Assembly: GCF_964204645.1 (NCBI RefSeq)
Contig: NC_134033.1
Coordinates: forward strand, 6,162,231-6,226,230
DNA: 64,000 nucleotides
Origin: Tubulanus polymorphus
Lineage: Eukaryota > Animalia > Nemertea
Reading direction: 5' to 3'
Every line of letters begins with the position of its first letter. Position 1 is the first letter of the stretch. The position numbers and the translations under genes were made by a program. A model generated the notes under the pieces. That model was not told the DNA's origin. It saw only the letters and a program-made list of their open reading frames with translations, and made no database searches. Of this stretch, positions 14,385-27,157 are shown piece after piece.

Positions 14385-14570
14385 TTGCAGCAGTTGAACT
14401 GGCCTCCCAGGGCAGGTTGATATCTGCAGAAGTTTAACTGGCCTCTCAGGGCAGGTTGATATCAGAAGTCAAAGATGTAAAAATCCCCCCGGTAAAATTC
14501 CATCCGGTAAATATCCCCCCGGTAAAAATCCCCCATAGGTAAAAATCCCCCCCCCCTGGTAAAAATCCCC
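14385..14570 (+). repeat. short tandem repeats (aactggcctcccagggcaggttgatatc x2; gtaaaaatccccc x~6)
   Basis: Directly visible repeated motifs. Confidence 0.7.
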
Positions 14571-15339
14571 GCAAATTTGATTTCACAGCAATCATCAACA
14601 AAATACTTCAATATTCTTATGTTGAAAAACTTATAGTAGTTTTCACAAATTTCAGATTTTCCGTGATGTTTTTCATAATATTCACCTTGGATAAGCAATG
14701 ACTTTGACCAAGCTACACGTGCATAAAATGACATTATTCTGTGACTGATTTAAGTTGGGCTGCACTCAGGTAATAAGCCTAACGAAAAAATAATATGAAA
14801 CCGATCAACCAACCTCTACCCAGCCAGAGAATATAATCAGCAGAATTACAATAGATTATCTGCGAAAGCCGTAGAAACTCCCGAAAAATTCTGTTGAATT
14901 AGAATATGCAGTGTATTTAAACCCACCGATATGATTTAAGCGGACGACACAAATTGTTTATCTGAGTGATTAGATTAGATATGCTTTGAAATTAATATAA
15001 ATCACCATTTATACTTTCCGTCGTCGGTTAACAGACTACATGACTTTTTGAAAATACATTTCTTATTATGAATGAGTTTTCATGACGAGAGAAATGATTG
15101 ACGACCACAATGATTGATTCGGTCAATAGATGAACAATTCTTGAAGGCCTACTCGTTTCAAGATCTCGGATTTTCACAACCACAACAGTTCCAGTCGAGT
15201 TGGATGATGATGATAGGCCTAATTAATTTCAAATGCAAAACTTCATTTATACACGCGTAGAATAGAAAATTATACACATTGATAAAACATAACTTCGAAA
15301 ATGATAAACGAGGGGACGGCTCGAACGTTATAGGCCTAA

Positions 15340-16008
15340 AGGCCTTTTTATGAACACTCGACTATATTCGAGTATGCAAAACGTTTTTATGAGCATGGAT
15401 TATGTCATAATCCGTCATTTTTATGAACATTGGTTATCATAACCGATTAGCATACTCAGCATACTCGCTCGGCGAGCAAGTATGCCGATCTTATCTAATC
15501 CAACCGATATGAGGCCTTTTTATGAACACTCGATTAGTATATTCAAGTATGCAAAACGTTTTTATGAGCATGGATTATGTCATAATCCGTCATTTTTATG
15601 AACATTGGTTATCATAATCGATTAGCATACTCAGCATACTCGCTCGGCGAGCAAGTATGCCGATTATCTAATCCAACCGATATGGTGTTCTCGGTAGAAG
15701 TCGCTGCTGACTGGGCCATAATTGAATAATTTCTACCTGGCGTTTTTATCAACCAACATACCCGGTTATGCTAATTGACACTAATCGGCTATATAATCTA
15801 AATAGCTAATCTATTTCGATTTTGCTGGTTCATAAAAAGGCCTATGATGGTGTTCTCGGTAGAAGTCGCTGCTGAGTAGGCCATAATTGAATAATTTCTA
15901 CCCGGCGTTTTCATCAACCAACATACCCGGTTATGCTAATTGACACTAATCGGCTATATAATCTAAATAGCTAATCTATTTCGATTTTGCTGGTTCATAA
16001 AGAGGCCT
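15340..16008. mobile_element. Harbinger-type MITE with a second full copy (15512-15843) inserted inside it
   Basis: Outer TAA|aggcctttttatgaac...gttcataaagaggcct|TAA; inner ATG|aggcctttttatgaac...gttcataaaaaggcct|ATG; outer halves align to the inner copy. Confidence 0.85.
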
Positions 16009-16135
16009 TAAGTCTGGTTACCGGTCTCTATCTTCATATTGAATGGGACAGGCAACCAGTCTATATAAGTAATGGCAATCATTGCTAGACAGTCCACGGC
16101 GCCACCACCCGGTAACCCGGATTTGATGAGAAAAA

Positions 16136-19100
16136 ATGGCGACGAAACTTCAACAGCAAGCCGGTGGCGATTCCCCTGTAGAAAATACAGCGCACGAAGA
16201 AGGCGATGACGCGCCGGACTCTAAATCAAAACGACCGGCGAAACATGACTCGGGAGCGGCTGATTTAGAGAAAGTTACTGATTATCACGAGGAAGCTGAA
16301 ATAACTAATATCGGAGACGTAAGTTTTTATCAATTCAAAATTTGAATGAGAATACTAATAGTAATACTAATATATATAATTTGAGTAATACTAATATATA
16401 TAATTTGAATCAAATTATATATATTAGTATTACTCAGAAAGTATATTTTTGAAGTGTTACCTTTTTCAACCGTGTTTTGGCCCTTGTCATCCCTAACGCT
16501 GGTAGGCTATAAGCTCATCTGATCATACAAAGCTCGTAGTTCGTAGGTAGAGCTGGGTAGATCACTTTGGATAGAACCACTTAAGAACTGGATTACCCCC
16601 CTACCGTTTACTGCACAGTCAGGAACACTTTCCAAAAACAGCTTATTCTGCCAATTTCGGCGTTTTCCGCCAATTACGGCAGAATCAGCCGTTTATGGAT
16701 CACTCAGTTTTGAAACTTTCACAGTCGTTTATGGCTTAATCAGCCAGTTTCAGCTCACTAAGTTTCGAGTTTTGCTTTAAAGTTTTTTGCGCACTTCTGG
16801 TTCAATTAGCGCATGTTGCCGATGACGTCATAATCTCGAGCAGACAATAAGCTTTCATATGACGCTAGGATGGAAATTTTTGAGCTAGGTAAAGTGGTCA
16901 AATTTACGTTTTTCTAAATGATTACGTCATATGAAGCCCAAAAACTCCGGGAAAACTCTCAAAACTACTACAGCATGAAACAAGTTTATTTATCATGATT
17001 TTTGTTAAAAATAAATTTGGGAACTAGTTTTAAAAACTATTATAAAGTTTTCAAGTAAACGTTGCCATGGGTACACATAAAAACATTCGCCATTTCTGGC
17101 GTATTCCGCCGTTTTTGGCGTAGTTAGTTTTATAATCATAAACTATTAAGCCATTATTGGCAGTCCCCTTGTTATATATGAGGATTCCCCCACCCACTTA
17201 GACGTTTCCCCTAGTGTCTACGCTGTACTTTTTTCGGATTAAAATAATTAATTTGCTGAGGTGAACGGATGTGTTAATATTATATGTTAAAAATAAAATT
17301 ATTTGTTAAAAATAAAATTATTATTATTATAATTATCATTCTCATAAGACAAATCAATCATGGATGTATAAACTAGTGTATCAAAAATCTAGTTTTAAGT
17401 TTTGCCCATGGTCTTATCTTGCCTAATAAAGCATAGAATGGTCGAGGGATATATTGGACTGCATATGATGTTGGTTAATTGAAGGTAATTAACATCTTCG
17501 ATGCCTCCAAGCTAATTGATGGATTCTTGTGATGGATAGTGATTGAATGAATTGGTGGCCGATGACGTTACAACTCAAAATCGATAGGCCTACAGCTGTA
17601 TCTAGACTCATTTCAAAATACAACAAACATTTTCGAAACAATTTGGGATACATGTATGTATATATTTATTTCATAGAATACAGGTATACAGAAAGAACAG
17701 AATTCAAATACATTTGCCATCGGAAACCCATACATTTATATTTAATTCTTTCTTGAAGCCTGGAACGGATCAATGAGATTAATTTTTCGGCGCAAATATA
17801 CAAATGTATGCCAGCAGAAAAGCGATGATGTCATAATAGGGACTCCCATCGAACTAAGCATTATAAATAGCACCTGTAAAACTATCTAAGCTAAAAACGC
17901 CGTTTCTGGCGATGTAGTTTTAAAAACTGTAACAGCTGAAAACGGCGGAAATGGCGTTTTTTAAGAACAAGCCAAAAATGGCAGAAAACGCCGATTTCGG
18001 CTAAATTGGCAGAAGCAGTTTAAAACTGAGTAATCCATAAATGGCTGATTCTGCCGTTATTGGCGGAAAACGCCGAAATTGGCAGAATAAGCCGTTTTTG
18101 GAAAGTGTTCCTGACTGCTGCAGCAGTACGGTTACTGTCTGATTATAAGAGGATGATAACTCACAATATACCGATTGAAAGTTTGAAAATCGAGAATTTA
18201 TTCAATCAAAAATTACCGGGTAATTAGAAAGACACATCGATTCGATTTCACACTGGAGATAATCGTCAGGTGTGAGGGAACCTAAAACAAGGGTTATACA
18301 GGGAGAACAGGTTAATAGTAAATTTCTGGGTATACATACAGCAATTATACATACATGTAGCCTAATTAGGGTTGACAAGGCATGAAGAAGCTATAATATT
18401 TACTTAGAAAGATGCGAAGCAGTCTGAATGCTGTTCAAACCGCTATCTGGTTGCTGTCTAAATCGCAGTTAAGTCATTACTGACTTATTTCCAGTTTGTC
18501 ACTGTCTAAACCATAGTCCCATTGCTGTCTAAATGGCAGTCTGGTTGCTGTCTTACTTAACTAGAGCCTGTTGCTATCTAAACCACAGTCTAGTTACTGT
18601 CTAAACTTTAGTGGTTACTTGCCTCTTCAGTAGTCACTGTGATGTCATCATCTAAGCTGCGCATGGTGTGGCAGGACTTCGCACCATGGCAAGTCTCAAT
18701 GTCATCAGGTTCGAATCCCTACCGGGGAAGATGTTACTCACTAGACCTCAGTCCGGCCAGTTTATCTGGGTGGTGGTGGTAAGTTCTCACCACTGAACTA
18801 GGCCTAGTATTTTTGTACTACTAGTAAATGTTCCATAGAAATGTTGAATCCCTTCTTGATTCATGGTGTTTGCTGCCTAAATTCTTAAGTCTTCATTTTA
18901 GTAGATTCATTGTTAATTGAGTGCTTTTGTTTTTGTATTGTAGGCGATGAAAGTCGTCAGCGACAATGCTGCTCAAGAAGCCATGGAGAAACAGCAACGT
19001 GAACGAGAATTATCGAAAGTAAAAATAAGAAAAGAAGATGTTGATTTAATCGTAAGTGTTCAGAGTTTGTCCACCAGTCTCCTACTGTACATATTTGTAT

Positions 19101-20996
19101 TCAGTGCAGGTATTGAACCACCGCACGCCCCTCAAAACAGCTATTCATCATGGTACATGTAGCACGGATCCTGGATGATCAGTTTTTGAAAGTATGTTGA
19201 TAAAAATTTTATCAACATAAATACAAGACATCATACATTTAATGTATGATGTCTTGTATTTATAGTGAACTTTCAATTAGAAAATGTCTCAGGCGAAGTC
19301 CTGAACTCGTGTAAAATGTGGACGATCAGTTTCTGGAAGTCCACAGAAATGTCTATTATCGCAATGAAAGAGGATTTCAACAATTTCATGCTAGAACCAA
19401 CTATGTGTTGAGCAGATTCTCTGGTGCCCTGAAAAGTTTGTTGTTACAAGGTTCCCAGGGGTGGATCCAGACAGGGCAAGTCCACCCTATTTTTTGTGGA
19501 GCAAAGAATTTTTTCAAGGCACTGTATACCTATGTAGTGGTATAAAAAGAAGTAGTTTGCTCAATGCTGATGGAGGATTGACCAGATTTCCATCACGGAA
19601 TGAATTATTTTCTTTCTATTAGGCTACATTGCAAAAGTATGCTCAGAATGCACATCATTCACATCTAATTTTCCAAAATCCCCCAATGGCTTCACGGTTT
19701 CGGCGCCCGCGCTTCCCTGTCCAAGTATTATATAACAACTTAATTGCCTTTATTTGCATCCCCCTTTTTCAAAATGCTGGATCCTCCCCTGGTTCCACTG
19801 TGCCAAGCAGACATCATATCAGCCCACTTAACCGCTTAAAAAAACTGATCTTCTTGGTCTCCTGGGCTAGATTTTATAGACTGGTGTTAAAACTTTAACC
19901 CGGGGGGTTAACTCAATTCATTTTCAATTGATTTAACACCAGGGTGGAAGATAATGCCAGTCTATAAAACCGGCCCTGTATTACAATGCTGAACATTAGA
20001 TAGCGCTGCCGGTCGCAGGACTGCAACCTTGTAAATCAATGTTTACATGTTGAATTTAATTAATACTTTAAGTTATGGTTCACAACTTAAAACACGTTCA
20101 AAAGACTGCTCCCCAAAGAACAGAGCTTCACAAAAAAATGACTGACTTTTCCCTGATTTTAAAGAACAGCATGCCTTGCAGGGAAAATAAATCTGGAATT
20201 CCCTGATTTTTCCCTTTAACAAAAACAGTTCACACGTCATTTATAAAAGTTTCCAGTTTCTAGGCATAAACCGAATTTGTAATGTAGTGTAAAGGATATA
20301 AATTTTCTTGGAAAACCACTGAATTACCGGTTTACCAAGATATACATTACCGATTTAGAAAGAAAGAGTCTACTGTAATTGGGATATGCAAGTGATACGC
20401 ACTCTTCCCATCCTCGCTTGCCAGGGGTCCGGTATCACTCCCGAACTCGCTTCCACCAGCCCCCTGGCCTCACGAAGCGTGATTTCCTTACTGGCGCTGT
20501 TGCGCATGACGTCATATATCGATTTGCGAAATACTTCCTTGTTCGATAAAACGTTCGCTGATTGGTCAATTTAACGGGAAAACCAACAGAAGTCTACTGA
20601 CGGTCTGTTACAAGCACTGTGATTGGTACGACCGGATTCTGGTCGGCTAGTAACGACTCCAACGACTCGTGAGGTCAAGGGGTTCAGGGAACAGCTTTAG
20701 CGTAGTGGGTTCGAATCCCTTGACGGGTGAAGATGGACTCTGGTCTATGGACTCTTCCTCGAAATTTTCTCCTTGCTTTGAAACTCCTTATATCCAGACC
20801 AGTAATGATCTATAGGGACCCTGTTAATGCAGAAACCCGTTATCGCTGCAGCTATTAATAATCAATTTAATTCATTGTCATTGCTTTTTAAATTTTACAG
20901 GTTCGGGAAATGGAAATATCGAATGCTAAAGCGGAACGGATACTACGCGAACATAAAGGAGACATTGTACCAGCTCTAATAGAATTAACTAATTAG
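16136..20996 (+). CDS. HYPK: huntingtin-interacting protein K, 3 exons, 128 aa
   Basis: Exons 16136-16318, 18944-19051 and 20901-20996 with GT-AG phase-0 introns. Motifs KHDSGAADLEKVTDYHEEAEI, RERELSKVKIRKEDVDLIVREMEI and AERILREHKGDIVPALIELTN*. Confidence 0.96.
16616..18117. mobile_element. 1.5-kb non-autonomous DNA transposon with ~100-bp TIRs and 5-bp TSD (HYPK intron 1)
   Basis: CTGCA|cagtcaggaacactttccaaaaac...gtttttggaaagtgttcctgactg|CTGCA. Confidence 0.85.
18655..18800 (+). mobile_element. tRNA-derived SINE remnant; related fragment at ~20700-20750
   Basis: B box ggttcgaatcc followed by the shared c..cggg..aagatg..actc in both copies. Confidence 0.5.
19456..19791. mobile_element. hAT-like MITE with 5-bp TSD
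   Basis: GTTCC|caggggtggatccag...ctggatcctcccctg|GTTCC. Confidence 0.8.
19863..19978. mobile_element. short palindromic MITE
   Basis: gggctagattttatagactgg ... ccagtctataaaaccggccc inverted termini. Confidence 0.55.
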
Positions 20997-22306
20997 AAAT
21001 TATTAATGTTTAACTATTTAATCTTTTGTATTAAATCATCATGCATTTTATACTGATACAAAATCTATTGTGGTATTTTATCAGTGGTCAATAGTTGAAG
21101 GACTTGGAGAGTGATATCAGAGATGGAGAGAACAGACATCAGAGATGGTACATAATGCAATACACTCCACTCAAAGTACATTGTAAAATCTTTTGACTTT
21201 GCAGTGGCGGATCCTGGGTTTCAGGGAGGGGGTGCACAAATTAGGAAGAGGAGGGAAAATTTTTTGACACCTTATAAAACGTTACCATTATGAAACCTAA
21301 ACAATGTTAACCATTCATCGTCATTTTACAAACGACAACCGTAAATCGATGTGCAAAACGTCACAGGTTTATGTGTACACATACAAGCTATTTGGCAAAA
21401 TATTATTGATAAAGATGTAGAATGGCTCCCTGTGATTATATAATGACCTCTATTTGAACGTCGAAATGTTATATTGCATTGAATATCATGATAAGAGGTA
21501 TTGTAATAGTAAAGGATGTATGATTATATCAGGAGCGGCAGGCATAGATAGAAATGATAAGTAAATCAGATTATTCGGTTAAATGGCGGATGTATACATG
21601 ATTTGGAAGTCTGATATAAAAGTCAGACCCTGACATGGGGATGCTAGTGGAATGACGAAGCTATCTACAATCTGAGTAGGGCCGGCGTGAATTTCATCGG
21701 CGGCTACAGGCGGTCTATATAAAAACATGTAAACAAATAATTTCAATATTCAAATGTTTCAGAAAATATGTTCGATATTAGGGGTATGCAGGTTTCATGA
21801 GATTAGCAATCTATAATAGCATAGCTGTCATATACGGCTCCGCGTCCACTGATGGCATAATACTTTATTGATCCTTATTACATTGAAATTCCGGGATGAA
21901 ATTCCCTAGTTCAATAAAGTTACAAATTTTAGAATAAGAAAATACAAAATACAAGACACATGGGTTATTCATACAGAATAACATGAATAAGTTATTTAAA
22001 TGACGATGTCTACTTCAACCCAGACTCAAGTCTAGGATATCGAGTGACAGCCAAACCGGGCCCTGGGACCGGGGCCGGCTGGCTACTCGAACACTGAACA
22101 CTGAATATATTTTTCTCAAATGTATAATACATAATATAATAGTATAATAATTGTTGTACATGATTATTGAATATATACATTCAAGCAGGACAGCCCCAAG
22201 CCCTAAGGGCTGTACCTAATTGGGGGGATGCCCTGGTATGATTTGATACCATGATACAATTAATGAGAATACAATAATAATTAATGACAACATAATTGAC
22301 ATCAAA

Positions 22307-22307
<1 letters not shown>

Positions 22308-22365
<58 letters not shown>

Positions 22366-22495
22366 TGATGATAATGATAATAATAATAATAATGATAATG
22401 ATAATAATAATAATATATATATCCATATACATACATATACACATGCATACACACATATACACATATATACATACACATATACACATACATATGCA
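22308..22495 (+). repeat. (AAT/GAT)n and (AC/AT)n microsatellites in the LINE 3' UTR
   Basis: Directly visible; source of the poly-I/Y spurious ORFs. Confidence 0.95.
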
Positions 22496-22565
22496 TAAGA
22501 TATATAAATATTTTCGAAAATAAATGAAGGTAGGCAACACAAAAAAGGTTTCATTTTAGAATTAA

Positions 22566-25500
22566 TTAATAGTTCAAGAGTGTAGTTTTTTTGAATCGTG
22601 AGATAAAAGAATTTATGGTAGCAGCTTTGCGAAGATGATCATCAGTGTTCTGCCAAAGAATTGGAGTTCTACTTAAAAAAGAATCGTGAAAGAGTTTCGT
22701 GGTATGAAATTGGACTCTGGCATTATTCCTGTTTCTAGTGTTATAATTGTGGAATTTTGAATTTAAATCTAGTAAATTGTAGATAGACAAAGGGAGCTTT
22801 TTATGAGAATGATTAAATCCAAATTTAAGAATTTCTAATTTGACAAGATCGGCAAATTTTAAAATTTTGTATTTTTTGAAAATAGGGGATGTTGGTGCAT
22901 TGAAGGCAGCATTATCTATGAGTCGTACAGCTTTTTTCTGGATTTTGAAAATACTATTAGTTTGCTCAGAGGAAAGCAGTGGACCCCAGACAACCAGTGC
23001 ATAAATAAGATGACAGTGAATATATGAATTGTAAATAGTTTTTTTTCAAAAAACCTGGGAACACATTCTTAACAGTCCTTAGCAGGTACAAATTTTTATT
23101 CATTTTATTGATAAGCTGTTTAATATGCAAATTCCAATTGAGATCAGCATCAATATTTAATCCTAGAAATTTACAGTCAGTAGATAATTCTATATTTAAA
23201 TTTTCTAATTCTATTTTTAAGTTGTCTGATCTCAATAGATGCCTTTTTGGTTTGAATAGTAAGTATTTAGTTTTTTCAATGTTCAGGGTAAGTTGATTGG
23301 CATGGAACCAGGAGGTTAATAATTTTAAATCATTTTTAGCATTTTGAAACAGTTCAGAAAGATTCTTTTCAGTACATAGAAGGTTTGTATCATCGGCAAA
23401 TGAGATGGCTTTAGAATGTTTGAGATTATTATTTAGATCGTTAATGTAAACAAGAAAGAGAAGCGGACCTAAGACTGAGCCTTGTGGTACTCCATGCGTA
23501 AGCGTGTTGAAAGTCGAGTCAGCATTATTGTAGTGAACATAAATTTTTCTATCTTTGAGATAACTATGAAACCAGTTGAATGCGTGTCCCCTAATTCCAT
23601 AGTGATATAATTTATAGAGTAGTTTGTCAATATTTAACGAGTCAAATGCCTTTGATAGGTCAAGACATATACCCAAAGAAAAATTTCTTTTTTCTAAATT
23701 AGCGATAATGTTACCAATAAAATCAGCTATGGCATGAGTTGTAGAATGATTTGGTCTGAAGCCATATTGCGTAGTATTTAGAATTTCAAATTTAAACAAG
23801 AAATGATATAGTCGCTTATGAACAAGTTTTTCCAAGATCTTGGATAAGACTGGTAGTAGGGAAATTGGACGGTAATTGTTTAGAGTTTGTTTGCTTCCAG
23901 TTTTATGAAGAGGAATAACCTTTGCTATTTTCATTTTATCTGGGAATTTGCCTTCTTGAAGAGATTTATTACAAAGAATAGTCATAGGATTAATAATTGA
24001 GGGAGCAATAAATTTCAATAGTTTATTGCTTAAAATATCTGGACCCGTACTTTGTTTAGGCGAAAGCTGGTTGATCATTTTAAATATTTCCTCACTATTT
24101 GTAGGTTGCAGGAACATAACATTGTCATTTTTATTAGGAAGAAATGCCATAAAATTAGTAGTAGTGTTAGGTATTTTTTCTGAATACTTTCTGCCAACCG
24201 AAGAAAAGGAATCATTAAATGCAAGACTAATTTCGGAATTATCAGTAACCGTTTTTCCATCAATCTTAAAATTTGTCGTAATTGATGTTTTATCATTAGT
24301 CTTGCCAATTAGTTCTTTAATGAATTGCCACATTTTACGACAGTTTTTTCCAAAGGAATTAATTTTGTAATTATAAAAATCTATTTTTTGACGTCTTTTA
24401 ACATAGTTGAGCCGATTACGATAATTTATATAGTTTTTATAACGTTGGTCTGATTTATCTAACCCAATAACTTTTTTGTATAGATTATCACATTTCTTTG
24501 AGGATCTCAGAATAGAGTTAGACATCCACGGCTCAATTAATTTGTTTTTCTTTTTTCTTTTTTTAATTTCTGGAGCTATACTATTAATAGTATTAGTAAT
24601 ATTTGTCATAATAAAGTCATACGATTCACTACAATTCATATTATCCAAATTTGACCAGTTAACATTTAAAAGGGTGTTATTTATTGATTGTATATTTTTA
24701 GCATTAAGGTTACGGGAGAAGAATTCATTTGTTGTTGGTCTAACATTATATACAATAGAAACGAAACAAGGCAAGTGATCCGAAATATCAGTTAGTAGTA
24801 TTGCACTAGTGTGATTACTATTTAGTTCGGGAGAGAGGTATATGTTATCAATTAGAGTAGCAGTGGCCTTTGTGATTCTTGTAGGTCGCAGTATTGTAGG
24901 GCATAGACTATTGTTTAGGTTGATTTCTAAGAATTTTGATGTATTTTTATGACTATTGATCTTAATGTAGTCTAAATTCTGATCCATACCAAGAACTATC
25001 TCTGATTTTTCGTTATTAATTTTTGTAATTAAAGTTCTGTATTTTTCAAGAAACATTAGTTCGCTATTGCCAGGTACTCTATATAATTCACCAATAATAA
25101 TTTTCTTTTTAGATTGAGTTTTAGGATAAATTTCTATGAAACAAGATTCAAATTTACCTTCTTCAAAAATGTCCAAATCAGTTCTCGGGTTGTACGATAT
25201 ATTATCATTAACGTAGATGGCGACTCCTCCTTGAGATAAATTCAGTCTATGATTTTCAATTAAATGATAGTTAGATAATTTACAAAGAGGTGCATTTTTA
25301 TCTGTTAGAAAGGTTTCACATATCATTATGACATCTATAATAATATTTTGAATTTTAAAGATTTCTATCATAATTTTGAGTTTATCAATTTTTGAATAGA
25401 GACTACGTACATTCAGTTGTAAGATATTAAGGTTGTTGGTAGTATTGAAATTATATACATCTTTCAGGTCACTGGGTTTAGTATATGGACATTGATTACT

Positions 25501-25572
25501 ATCTAAAATCAGATCATCATCAATGATTGAATTTAAATAATAATTTTTATCATTAGCTTTTTGTTTGAATAA
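22566..25572 (-). CDS. LINE ORF2: APE endonuclease + reverse transcriptase, one +1 frameshift at ~23039-23046
   Basis: Motifs ILQLNVRSL, ICETFL, YRVPG, TLIDNI, ISDHLP, NYRPISLL, QYGFR, LDLSKAFD, GVPQGSVLGPLLF and FADDT. Removing one A from an A8 run continues the frame (TIYNSYIHCHLIYALVVWG...QKKAVR...HNYNTR) to TAA at 22566. Confidence 0.92.
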
Positions 25573-26398
25573 TTAAAAAAAATCTGTGTTGCCAAGACAC
25601 ATAATAATTTAGAACAAATACGTAAAACCAAAAAGAAGAAAATTTGATAAGGAAAAAAAAGAAAAAAAAGAGTTTGTAATAAACAAAAAAAAAATGCACA
25701 AAAAGATGCTGACCTTTGACCGCCGTATACGGCAATAGTCAGCTAGTACTTGGTAGGTAGTTGATTAAATCAACTATGAGGCCAAGGCATATGTGTCAAG
25801 GTTACAAAAGAATCTTATATTTTAGTCAAACAGATTTAGAGATAAGCACTGTAGCTTGTGTTTATAATATTGACTACGTACTTTGAAATAATATGATCAT
25901 CAATAGGAAAAATAAATCAAAATAAAATAAAGTAAATACTCTGTTGAAACCACGCTATCAACTGAGTTAAAAATAATTGACAATTTACATACTTAGCTTC
26001 TTTACTCTAAACTATCGAGTAATAGTGTCACCGAGTAACTTAAGAATATGCCAAGTCTTAGAAAAGGCAGACATACAAAAGTAAGAAACAGTATACAATA
26101 TACAGTTCACCAGTATAGATGTGTCCTAGGTCATACCGGTAATACTAAATAAGTGTGTTTGAGCTTTTAGGTAATTTAGTTATAAATATTCATACTTTTT
26201 GGCTATCATGACACTTGAGGGAAAACCAATTCAGCTTTAACGGTGTCACTCTTGAAATAGATGCTTACTTATTGAATGATTAAGTTATGTACAGATATTA
26301 TGTTAGGTCATTAATCGAAAAAGATTATCCGCAAGAATTAATTACACCGGTATATGAATCATTTAAAAAGTCACCTTTTGGATCATATCTCTAGTCCT

Positions 26399-27157
26399 TT
26401 ATGGAAGATTCTCAAATAACTTCAGTCTAATTATCTGTCCATTTTTAATTGCAAGCACCTTGCCATGAGATACAAACACAGTCTCGTATTTACCACTTTT
26501 GGAAGCATCATCCCTAAGTTTGGATACTTCAGGCGCTAAGTCCTCCTGTATAACAAATCCGGTTCCTTTAAGTTTTTTCCTGTTTTGTAGAACACGATCT
26601 CTAATTCCACGAAATTTAAAACGCACAATTATGCCCGGTGGCTTTGGCTTAACAGAATTATTCGGTTGGTGACGCTGTATCAATCTATGTGCAACTTCAA
26701 TATCATCCTGTGATACTTTTTCGCCCTGTGGTAGTTGCAGCTTTTTAATCACTTTGTCAATTACAATTTTGGAACAATTTTCATTGTCTTTTACCGCTGG
26801 TAAAGAGGGACCATATATTCGTAAATTGTTTCTTCGCGAGTATTGGTTATTCTCTACTACTCCGATTTTGAGTTTTTTTATATCCAATTTAAGAGAATTA
26901 TTTTCAGTTGTTAGTTCAGTTACTTTTATTTCGTAGTCTTTGATTGTTTTTTCCATCATGCCAATTCGGTCAGTTAGAGATTTAATTTCAGTCTGAACAA
27001 TTGTCGTTATTTCTGCAGTCAAAGTTTTTTTGAACTGATCCATATATGTTTCCATGTAGGTTATCGTAAGTGTTTCAGCTGATTCACTTGAATTAGATGA
27101 AGCCGGCCTCGGACGTTTATTACAGCGATTGTTTGTACTAGTATTAGAGTCTTCCAT
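26399..27157 (-). CDS. LINE ORF1 (coiled coil + RRM-like, L1TD1/Transposase_22-type)
   Basis: Heptad region, then NQYSRRNNLRIYG, IEVAHRL and PPGIIVRF..RDRVL..RKKLKGTGFVIQEDL; frame stays open upstream of the first ATG to ~27273. Confidence 0.88.
   Translation of the reverse strand: MEDSNTSTNNRCNKRPRPASSNSSESAETLTITYMETYMDQFKKTLTAEITTIVQTEIKSLTDRIGMMEKTIKDYEIKVTELTTENNSLKLDIKKLKIGVVENNQYSRRNNLRIYGPSLPAVKDNENCSKIVIDKVIKKLQLPQGEKVSQDDIEVAHRLIQRHQPNNSVKPKPPGIIVRFKFRGIRDRVLQNRKKLKGTGFVIQEDLAPEVSKLRDDASKSGKYETVFVSHGKVLAIKNGQIIRLKLFENLP

Noticed and set aside
18232-18275. Minus-strand ctgacga...gaaatcgaatc hammerhead-like motif
   Set aside because: Stem II does not pair convincingly; too degenerate to support.
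22181-22554. Poly-I/L/Y ORFs
   Set aside because: Translations of microsatellites.
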